Below are positions 27,416 through 34,565 of a stretch of DNA of 64,000 bases, piece after piece. Where the stretch lies: the IMG/VR virus record IMGVR_UViG_3300046170_000289. One strand, 5' to 3'. Each line of letters opens with the position of its first letter. Positions within the stretch are counted from its first letter, which is position 1. Source of the stretch: a virus. A program made the translations under genes and the position numbers. The notes under the pieces were generated by a model. It saw only the letters and a list, made by a program, of their open reading frames with translations. It was not told where the DNA came from and did no database searches.

Positions 27416-29067
27416 ATATAAGACATGTCACCATACTCAGCAATAGATTCTCTTTCTGCATTATGCCATGTCTGCCCTTGTGGATCGACGATTACTTCTT
27501 CTTGAAGACCATCATCCATAAAACCAAACGGTGCCATATCTGCTTCAATCGCTTCCTTCTGCTCCAGATACATTCGCGTCCTGACATCGCTGTCATGCAA
27601 CTCTCTGAAGTAGTCTGTGGTCGCTAACCAAGAGAATATGACCAAACACATGGAGAGGTCATCATTACATCCTTCTTCGGCTTCCCATGCCTGTCCCTTC
27701 TGGATGAATGTAGTTAACTCAGCAATAATATCATAGTCGTTAAAGATGAGTTTGTCATCCTCAATCAACTGTTTCATGTTTGCACACCCAGTCTTCTTGA
27801 CTGTGGTGGACATCTTGACACCTAGTTGCACCTTAGACCCAGAGAATCCTTGTCCTACAACCTGCCCAGCACGTCCACGCATGGATGACATCAGGAGGTT
27901 GTCATACTCTAGATCAAACTGCATAATATCTGCTACCTGTCCACCGATATCATTAACTTCAATCAAGGTATAGGCATGATTGTAACTCGTGACTACCTGA
28001 TGAATGATATTAGGGAAGAGTAATGGTTTGATTTTATTGTTTCTATACTTCGCTACTAACTTATACGGGATCGTAGTGGTATCAAAGACACAGAATGCTG
28101 AGTAATCTTTAGTTATACCACGAGCAACGTCCACCGTGCATACATAGGTATGTTCAGGTTTAGGCTCTTCATACACATCTAGTCCTTGATTGGACTTCAC
28201 AGGATCATCGTATACCAAAGTTTTTAGTTTGGATGATGTAATGAGAGTGTTAACCGAACCCAAGAATTCACATTCAAATTCCTGGTTAAACTGCTCTTCA
28301 GATGTGTTACGAATGGTCTGCTCTTTCCATGCAGCATCCCTACCAGGCACCTCAGACCAGTGGACTTCTGTAGTAGTGTATTCATTCTTGCCCTTCTCTG
28401 CATCATGCCAGAGTTTGTAAAACATATTCATCCCCTTGGGCGTGGAGATGATGATTACTTTGGTAGACTTACCAGAAGAAATAGTAGGATAGACAGAACT
28501 AAAAAACTCGTCAGCAATATGCGTTGGTATAAAGGCGAATTCATCCAGAAATATGATGTTAAAAGACATACCACGGACGGCAGAAGCTGAAGTAGAAGCA
28601 GCCATAATCTTGCTTCCGTTTTCCAATTCGAGACTGCCCCTATTCCAGTTGACGACACCTTGTTGGAGCCAGTTTGGGAGGTTTTCATAAGATAGTTGCA
28701 AACGTTGTAACATCTCTCTTGCCGTAGCTGCCTTGTTAGCAAGGATTGCCACGTTAACATTGTCGTTAAAGATAATATACCAAAGCAGATACGCAGTAAC
28801 AACAGTTGATTTACCTGACTGTCGTGGTAGTTTTGCTATATTAAATCTATTTGCATGAAATCTTTCTACCATCGACTCCTGGAAGTCGTACAATTCAAAT
28901 GGAATCAGACCACGATCCAGCGAGATGATTTGGATGTAGTTTTTAATGAAGTAGACAGGATCCTTGGAGCACTTGATAAACTCTGCCACCTGATCATCGG
29001 TGAAGCTCTGTGCTACGTTAGCCCTCTTTAGGTTAGGATTACCTAGATAGATCTCATTTTGGCTCAT
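27400..29067 (-). CDS. gp17: Terminase large subunit gp17
   Basis: YLGNPNLK, LPRQSGKST, FLDEFAF, STPKG, VDVARG and DDLSM motifs. Confidence 0.98.
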   Translation of the reverse strand: MSQNEIYLGNPNLKRANVAQSFTDDQVAEFIKCSKDPVYFIKNYIQIISLDRGLIPFELYDFQESMVERFHANRFNIAKLPRQSGKSTVVTAYLLWYIIFNDNVNVAILANKAATAREMLQRLQLSYENLPNWLQQGVVNWNRGSLELENGSKIMAASTSASAVRGMSFNIIFLDEFAFIPTHIADEFFSSVYPTISSGKSTKVIIISTPKGMNMFYKLWHDAEKGKNEYTTTEVHWSEVPGRDAAWKEQTIRNTSEEQFNQEFECEFLGSVNTLITSSKLKTLVYDDPVKSNQGLDVYEEPKPEHTYVCTVDVARGITKDYSAFCVFDTTTIPYKLVAKYRNNKIKPLLFPNIIHQVVTSYNHAYTLIEVNDIGGQVADIMQFDLEYDNLLMSSMRGRAGQVVGQGFSGSKVQLGVKMSTTVKKTGCANMKQLIEDDKLIFNDYDIIAELTTFIQKGQAWEAEEGCNDDLSMCLVIFSWLATTDYFRELHDSDVRTRMYLEQKEAIEADMAPFGFMDDGLQEEVIVDPQGQTWHNAERESIAEYGDMSYMWDYR

Positions 29068-29662
29068 AAGGGAATGGTCTCCTGTTTTTTTCTTGTCCTA
29101 CTGCATGTGCTTCAACAACCTCTTCCTGTCCTGGACAGAATTGAAAGACTGCACTAAACCTAGCAGCAACAGGACAGTGCCTTGTCGGTGCTTTACCTCC
29201 ATGAGGGACTAATCCTGGGAATACTACAACCCTTCCTGGTTTAGGAATGACTGTATCTGTAATCCTGTCGCCATTCATGAAGATGGTCTCACCGCCCCAC
29301 TCAGGTATCCATGCCCTATTAGTGTAGACAAGGAAACTGAGTGCATCTAATCCTTCCCCATCACAGTGGACAGCAGGACTATCACCAAAACGGAAAGCAT
29401 TATAAACGACTCTGTGAAATGAAGGAATGGGAATCCCAGCCCGAAGAAATGCATGGTTTATACAAAAGTAATCAAACTCCCCATAGTTGGGGTAGTCGAT
29501 CGCTCTTCCTAAAGAATAAGTGGAAAGGTTATCGTCTGGCGCGTTATCAAAGATAAGTTGCCATCCGTCAAAGTGGGTGAAGTATGTATCCATATAAAGG
29601 ATCTCTTCATCTGTGAAGAGATCATCAATGACCATCACCTGATCATATTTAACAATATCCAT
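29054..29662 (-). CDS. 2OG-Fe(II) oxygenase (prolyl-hydroxylase-like)
   Basis: HCD, WGGET, VFPGLVPH and RFS motifs. Confidence 0.85.
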   Translation of the reverse strand: MDIVKYDQVMVIDDLFTDEEILYMDTYFTHFDGWQLIFDNAPDDNLSTYSLGRAIDYPNYGEFDYFCINHAFLRAGIPIPSFHRVVYNAFRFGDSPAVHCDGEGLDALSFLVYTNRAWIPEWGGETIFMNGDRITDTVIPKPGRVVVFPGLVPHGGKAPTRHCPVAARFSAVFQFCPGQEEVVEAHAVGQEKNRRPFPYEPK

Positions 29663-30123
29663 TACTCCACCAACGTGCCGTGCGCCCTCCTGATCTCTTT
29701 AAGTGCCTCTAGATTCATATCCTTAGTGCCACCATCATATGCGTGAGCATATCCTTCTGTAATCATTTGCTCGTTGAGAGACACGTCTCCGTCCCCAATG
29801 TAAAGCCAACCAAGAAGACGCCCATATTTGCCAACCCCACCAACAAGTTCAGTCCTAACAGACAACTCATCATCACCAGCGATAGTCGATTCCAGTTTCT
29901 CTTTGAGCCAGTTGGTTGCGTCGATTCCAAGTGCTTTCTCCGCTAGGTTTTTCGTCCTTTTTTCTGGCGTATCAACGCCTGCAACTCTAACTCTTTCTTT
30001 CTTGTATAAATCAAACCCGAGGTCAATAGTGACATCGATAGTATCACCATCAAGGACACGGTTGATCTCCGTCACTCGGAAGTTGTAGCAGCTCTTCCTG
30101 CTCGGTGGTGTCATTGCTCCCAT
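29662..30123 (-). CDS. Thermonuclease (SNase-like) family nuclease
   Basis: RVLDGDTID, RVRVAGVDTPE, KYGRLLG and ITEGYA motifs. Confidence 0.88.
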   Translation of the reverse strand: MGAMTPPSRKSCYNFRVTEINRVLDGDTIDVTIDLGFDLYKKERVRVAGVDTPEKRTKNLAEKALGIDATNWLKEKLESTIAGDDELSVRTELVGGVGKYGRLLGWLYIGDGDVSLNEQMITEGYAHAYDGGTKDMNLEALKEIRRAHGTLVE

Positions 30124-30259
30124 CTTTTAACTCTGCAAATGCTATTCTTAATATGTATACGACCGCATACAATGCCATGCCAAGTGCCATTATCACCATA
30201 ATGATTACCGACCACACAGGATCGTTAGCATTATCTAAGGGACGCAATAGTAAATTCAT
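30050..30259 (-). CDS. Small membrane protein
   Basis: NDPVWSVIIMVIMALGMALYAVVYIL hydrophobic helix. Confidence 0.6.
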   Translation of the reverse strand: MNLLLRPLDNANDPVWSVIIMVIMALGMALYAVVYILRIAFAELKDGSNDTTEQEELLQLPSDGDQPCP

Positions 30260-30333
30260 TTCTTAACTGGTAGAGTTAACTCCATACCAATGGTAAGTAG
30301 CAGTATAAAAACAAAAACAAACAATGCACTCAT
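30256..30333 (-). CDS. 25-aa hydrophobic peptide (not in the ORF track)
   Basis: MSALFVFVFILLLTIGMELTLPVKK; ATGA overlaps at both ends. Confidence 0.5.
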   Translation of the reverse strand: MSALFVFVFILLLTIGMELTLPVKK

Positions 30334-30476
30334 GGGTTTTTCGGGTCAATGCCTAATTCTAAAAGATACTGTGTCCACCAGTCTGGATCCCTCTTGCACT
30401 TCCAATCGGGTACTGGTAAATTATGAAGCGAATACCATTCGTTAATCGCTTCATCTATAGTCTGTGCGATCTCCAT
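30330..30476 (-). CDS. 48-aa hypothetical protein
   Basis: MEIAQTIDEAINEWY...PDWWTQYL. Confidence 0.55.
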   Translation of the reverse strand: MEIAQTIDEAINEWYSLHNLPVPDWKCKRDPDWWTQYLLELGIDPKNP

Positions 30477-30657
30477 ATTCCTCTTCCTCTTCGTCAACAT
30501 CAGCATATGCATCTGCCACGAAGGGTCCTCGTTTGCGTAAAGGTTCTCGTCTGACATAATCAGTTTCAGCATTTACGGCGGACATCCAGACTGCAACCTT
30601 CATCATAATGAATATGATTCCCACAGGGGCTAAACATAATAGAAGTTTTGCATTCAT
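30451..30657 (-). CDS. Small membrane-anchored protein
   Basis: N-terminal hydrophobic helix; acidic tail. Confidence 0.6.
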   Translation of the reverse strand: MNAKLLLCLAPVGIIFIMMKVAVWMSAVNAETDYVRREPLRKRGPFVADAYADVDEEEEEYGDRTDYR

Positions 30658-30872
30658 TCATCGACATCCATGTAGCGAAATTTGTAATCTAATACTGCTT
30701 TATATAGTTCATCTCTCAATATGCGTAAGTGCTCTTGCTCCTCATAGGGACGAGCAGGAGCACCTGGCCATAGTCTAATTGTTTCTTTCACACAATGGTA
30801 GAGAAGATAAATGTCTTCAATACTCCATTCATATCCAAAAGTACCCTCGTTATCCTGCGGGTCATATTCCAT
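30654..30872 (-). CDS. Hypothetical protein
   Basis: MEYDP...LYHCVKETIRLWPGAPARP. Confidence 0.6.
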   Translation of the reverse strand: MEYDPQDNEGTFGYEWSIEDIYLLYHCVKETIRLWPGAPARPYEEQEHLRILRDELYKAVLDYKFRYMDVDE

Positions 30873-31026
30873 GTTTTTTTGTAAATGGTTCCCAGTGCTC
30901 CCAACCATATTTATGTACAGCCCACATACCTATGATAGGGACAAAGACTAGAATGGTTGCGAGGAATCCTAATCCGTATGGGTTGTTTAATACAACCCCA
31001 CAGAATCTAGCAAAGTGTAAAAGCAT
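30862..31026 (-). CDS. 54-aa membrane peptide (not in the ORF track)
   Basis: MLLHFARFCGVVLNNPYGLGFLATILVFVPIIGMWAVHKYGWEHWEPFTKKHGI; TAATG overlap. Confidence 0.6.
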   Translation of the reverse strand: MLLHFARFCGVVLNNPYGLGFLATILVFVPIIGMWAVHKYGWEHWEPFTKKHGI

Positions 31027-31226
31027 TAGAGGAAATACTTCGATAGGATGTCTATACGCTCTTGCTCGTGAGCGATAATGTCTAGTTGATCTTGAATAGC
31101 AGCGAGCACATCAGGGTGCTCACCAATACCTACGGGATTCTTGAGGTAGATCTCAATGTTGAGTCGTGCCTTTTCAATGTTACCTTCTGCATCGATGCGA
31201 AGTGCTTTAAGAATTTCGTTTCTCAT
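31026..31226 (-). CDS. Hypothetical protein
   Basis: NIEIYLKNPVGIGEHPD motif. Confidence 0.7.
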   Translation of the reverse strand: MRNEILKALRIDAEGNIEKARLNIEIYLKNPVGIGEHPDVLAAIQDQLDIIAHEQERIDILSKYFL

Positions 31227-31235
31227 AATTAATTT

Positions 31236-31331
31236 TTAATGATAGTAGGCATTTTCTAATCCCCATGTAACAGAATACACTACTACGGAGATAATTGCAA
31301 TGGACTGGAGTGCTAACCCAACTTTTTCCAT
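31236..31331 (-). CDS. 31-aa single-TM peptide (not in the ORF track)
   Basis: MEKVGLALQSIAIISVVVYSVTWGLENAYYH. Confidence 0.5.
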   Translation of the reverse strand: MEKVGLALQSIAIISVVVYSVTWGLENAYYH

Positions 31332-31439
31332 GGATCGTCGTTGTGCAGGCAAGAATTCGGATGTACCCACCCTTTATTTAATTCTTTTATCCTTTCCCTT
31401 AGTATGTTATTTTCGAGTTTCAACATATAGATTTGATTC

Positions 31440-31757
31440 TTAAGTTTCTCGATCGGTGTCATAACGGTTCTTCCAAATCTCCAGAAAATACCTATCTACT
31501 TGATAGAGGTCAGCAGTAGGTGGTGGTAATCTATCTATGTCTTCAGACCAACACCTACATATATCTCGCATTTCTAAAGTAATACCGTCAGGTCGAAACA
31601 TCCTCCCGAAGGAGGACATTGCAAAGGCGAAACGCATTCTAATGCGCTGTGCCATTTCCTGAGTAGGCGTCAGTTTCATAATAGTTATTTTCACCTCTTC
31701 TGTACCCGTAATATGCGGTGGCACATACAAAGGGTAGTGATCCGAAAAGTAGGACAT
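31440..31757 (-). CDS. Hypothetical protein
   Basis: RMRFAFAMSSFGRMF...DRYFLEIWK. Confidence 0.6.
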   Translation of the reverse strand: MSYFSDHYPLYVPPHITGTEEVKITIMKLTPTQEMAQRIRMRFAFAMSSFGRMFRPDGITLEMRDICRCWSEDIDRLPPPTADLYQVDRYFLEIWKNRYDTDRET

Positions 31758-31766
31758 GGGCTAGTG

Positions 31767-32831
31767 TCATCTTACGTTGTGTCCTCCAAACATATACCTC
31801 ATTCCATTAAGGATCTTGTTTGCATATTTCGCTAGTCCACGGGAAGCGAATCTCTCGTATAGTGCTGCAGATAGGACAGGAGCGGGTACCCCAAGATCCA
31901 CAGCAGCGTGGACAGTCCAACGACCTTCACCAGAGTCTGATACACCTCCATCGAATTTGCTAAGCTCTGGATCGCCTCGTAATACATCAGCGGTAAGATC
32001 AAGTAACCAAGACCCAACCACACTACCGCGACGCCATAACTCAGCAACTTCAGCAACGTCGATATCATATTGATAATCCCTCGGATTCTCCATCGGAGCA
32101 ACCTCAGCATCGCCCTCTTTAACGTAAGCTGACCCAGCATTAGCTTCATGCAGGATATTAAATCCCTCTGCGTATGCTTGCATGATCCCATATTCAACTC
32201 CATTGTGGACCATTTTAGTGAAGTGTCCTGCACCAGGACCACCGCAACGCAACCATCCAAATTCAGATTGCCTTACATAATCGCCATCGCTCGTTCTAGG
32301 GGCGGCAGAAATGCCTGGGGAGAGTGCGTTAAAGATTGGAGCGCAGGTCTGTACTGCAGTATTTGCACCACCAACCATAAGACAGTATCCACGGTCCAGA
32401 CCATAAACACCACCGCTAGTGCCACAGTCAATATATTGGATACCCAGTTTATCAAGCCTCTCTGCCCGTCTGCGAGAGTCCTTAAAATTACTATTGCCAT
32501 GATCAATAATAATATCTCCCTCCACACAAAACTGTAGTAACTCATTCAATGTATCCTCTACTAATTCTGCTGGAATAACCATCATGAAGACAGCAGGTCT
32601 TTTTTCATAGACAGTCTCACCAGATTTCTCACCATAGATATACCCACCTCGGTGGACCACCTCAGAGAGTTGCTCCAATCCATAGGCAACACCAGTGACA
32701 TAACCTTTTTCGTATGCCTCCTCTGCCTTCTTGAGGTTACGTCTGTAACCCCATGTCTCGATGCCTGCTGCCATCATGCGGCGAGACATACCCTCACCCA
32801 TGCGACCAAGACCAATGATACCAACTTTCAT
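31767..32831 (-). CDS. gnd: 6-phosphogluconate dehydrogenase (short phage type)
   Basis: MKVGIIGLGRMG Rossmann motif; IDHGNS, DCGTSGG, GHFTKMVHNGVEYG and DSGEGRW motifs. Confidence 0.96.
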   Translation of the reverse strand: MKVGIIGLGRMGEGMSRRMMAAGIETWGYRRNLKKAEEAYEKGYVTGVAYGLEQLSEVVHRGGYIYGEKSGETVYEKRPAVFMMVIPAELVEDTLNELLQFCVEGDIIIDHGNSNFKDSRRRAERLDKLGIQYIDCGTSGGVYGLDRGYCLMVGGANTAVQTCAPIFNALSPGISAAPRTSDGDYVRQSEFGWLRCGGPGAGHFTKMVHNGVEYGIMQAYAEGFNILHEANAGSAYVKEGDAEVAPMENPRDYQYDIDVAEVAELWRRGSVVGSWLLDLTADVLRGDPELSKFDGGVSDSGEGRWTVHAAVDLGVPAPVLSAALYERFASRGLAKYANKILNGMRYMFGGHNVR

Positions 32832-32841
32832 AATTAAGTGA

Positions 32842-33492
32842 TTAAGCGTTTGCAGATTCCCAGTCCTTCTGGAATTGATCAAGTCCTTCACGAGTCAAGA
32901 CGTGATCATACATCTTCCAGAAGATCGCAGGTGGCATAGTAACGGTACTAGCACCATAAGTATAGCACCTTGAGACGTGATGCACATCCCTCAGAGACGC
33001 TGCTAGGATCTCCGTGGTACACATCTGCACACTGAATGCATTAGCGATAGCACGGACCAACTCAATACCACTGAATGAGTTGTCATTGCACCTACCAATG
33101 AAAGGAGAGACATATGCTGCCCCTGCCTTCGCTGCTAGTAGTGCCTGTGCCACTGAGAATACCAAAGTGACATTAACCTTAACTCCTTGCTCTGAGAGGA
33201 TCTTACATGCCTTTAGTCCCTCAACAGTGCAAGGGACTTTGATTGTAACTGCTTCTCCTAATGGTTGATAAGTCTTTGCTTGCTCAATCATTTCGTCAGC
33301 TGTCTCTGCAACCACCTCCGTGGAGACGCTGATAAGGTCTGGACATTCTTTCAGTAGTCTTGATGCCACATTATAAAGAGTATCACCTGATCTTAGAATC
33401 AACGTTGGATTTGTCGTGACACCATCAATCAACCCCGTGCTGTATGCCCTTTTAATCTCATGGACATCAGCAGTATCTAGAAAAATTTTCAT
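32842..33492 (-). CDS. talC: Transaldolase (TalC/MipB type)
   Basis: FLDTAD, GVTTNPTLI, TIKVP (Schiff-base Lys), VNVTLVFS and YVSPFIGR motifs. Confidence 0.96.
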   Translation of the reverse strand: MKIFLDTADVHEIKRAYSTGLIDGVTTNPTLILRSGDTLYNVASRLLKECPDLISVSTEVVAETADEMIEQAKTYQPLGEAVTIKVPCTVEGLKACKILSEQGVKVNVTLVFSVAQALLAAKAGAAYVSPFIGRCNDNSFSGIELVRAIANAFSVQMCTTEILAASLRDVHHVSRCYTYGASTVTMPPAIFWKMYDHVLTREGLDQFQKDWESANA

Positions 33493-33495
33493 AAT

Positions 33496-33819
33496 TTAGT
33501 TAACGTGAATAACGCCTGTCATACCAGCGCCTTGGTGAGGACCACAAAAGAATTCATAATCGCCTGCATCTGCAAACGTAATGTCCTGAGATTCTCCAGG
33601 ACTGAACATGAGTGATTCTCTGCTGAGGTCAGCACGACCTTCAACAATGATGTTGTGTGGGGGAAGCATACCGTTTACAAAATGCACGGTGTCCCCAGCG
33701 GAAATTGAAATATCGTTAGGCTCAAAAATGAGATTTCCGTTTGATCCCATTGTAACTTCTACTGCCCACGCTGGCAACGCGAGGAATAACGAAGCAAATA
33801 AAACTATGAAAAACTTCAT
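33496..33819 (-). CDS. petE: Plastocyanin
   Basis: Signal peptide ending AWA; PHNII; CGPHQGAGM copper ligands. Confidence 0.96.
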   Translation of the reverse strand: MKFFIVLFASLFLALPAWAVEVTMGSNGNLIFEPNDISISAGDTVHFVNGMLPPHNIIVEGRADLSRESLMFSPGESQDITFADAGDYEFFCGPHQGAGMTGVIHVN

Positions 33820-33872
33820 ATGCTATTTGTGTAACTGTAGTTATGTAGGGGGTTTGTGCCCCCTAGTTACAT

Positions 33873-34163
33873 TCAAAAGTCAAGCTTTCCTAACTCTTCT
33901 AGAGTGTCTTTTTTACCCTTGATCATACCGTCAATGTATCCTGCACGGTATTCCCAAGTCTGTCCACCATCCTTTCCTTTGAGAGGATTGATGCACTCAT
34001 CGTTGCCATATTTATTACATACAAGACCAGCGAGATCCAATTCAGACTTCTCACCTGACGCTCCTGTCCCACGCCATACATGGGTGCCATTAATCCATGT
34101 AGCACCACATTTCGTACACTCCTTTCGCTCCAACTTAAAGTCGGATAATTCCTTATCTTCCAT
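33873..34163 (-). CDS. Cys-containing hypothetical protein
   Basis: CTKCGATWINGTHVW...LAGLVCNKYG..CINP. Confidence 0.7.
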   Translation of the reverse strand: MEDKELSDFKLERKECTKCGATWINGTHVWRGTGASGEKSELDLAGLVCNKYGNDECINPLKGKDGGQTWEYRAGYIDGMIKGKKDTLEELGKLDF

Positions 34164-34173
34164 AACTATTCTC

Positions 34174-34443
34174 CTAGCAATTCCAAGCTCTGAGGGACTT
34201 ATTGATTCTACTATCTGGATCGGATGCTGTCTTCTTAGATGTGAGTTTCCTCTTCATCCCACTCATCCGCGCACAAAAACTCGCTCTACGAGGGTTCCCA
34301 ACTTTTTTTGAAGGTCTCTTAAGATCGCTTCCTGGGTTTTCACGCTCATACGACTTCCGTCCTTTTTCATTTAGTCCACCCTCAGAGTTTTTGCCTGACT
34401 TTTTCTGCCAGTCTTCATTAAGAAATTCATTAAAGGATTTCAT
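34174..34443 (-). CDS. Basic protein (DUF6321-like) with a T4-type capsid-targeting N-terminus
   Basis: MKSFNEFLNE followed by KSGKNSEGGLNEKGRKSYERENPGSDLK...RRASFCARM...SLRAWNC. Confidence 0.75.
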   Translation of the reverse strand: MKSFNEFLNEDWQKKSGKNSEGGLNEKGRKSYERENPGSDLKRPSKKVGNPRRASFCARMSGMKRKLTSKKTASDPDSRINKSLRAWNC

Positions 34444-34565
34444 TCTTCTTTATTGTTAGGGTTTCTAGCACAATTCAACTCATGCTTTTCCAACCACGTC
34501 TTAGGACGCTGGTGTCCAATGGGCACCGTGATGCCACAGTATCGACACTTCTTAGACTCAGCCAT
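34440..34565 (-). CDS. 41-aa CxxC-H-C zinc-finger-like peptide
   Basis: MAESKKCRYCG...KHELNCARNP. Confidence 0.6.
   Translation of the reverse strand: MAESKKCRYCGITVPIGHQRPKTWLEKHELNCARNPNNKEE

Noticed and set aside
27400-29067. Inteins, introns or homing endonucleases in gp17 and other core genes (gp46, gp20, gp23, uvsW)
   Set aside because: Lengths are normal and no splicing, LAGLIDADG, HNH or GIY-YIG motifs were seen.
31236-31331. PsbN or Hli assignment for the 31-aa TM peptide
   Set aside because: No DPFEEH (PsbN) or ExxNGRxAM (Hli) motif.
33826-33860. NtcA or HLR1 site upstream of petE (GTAACTGTAGTTAT near-palindrome)
   Set aside because: Does not match GTA-N8-TAC exactly and has no clear direct-repeat pair; too weak to call.
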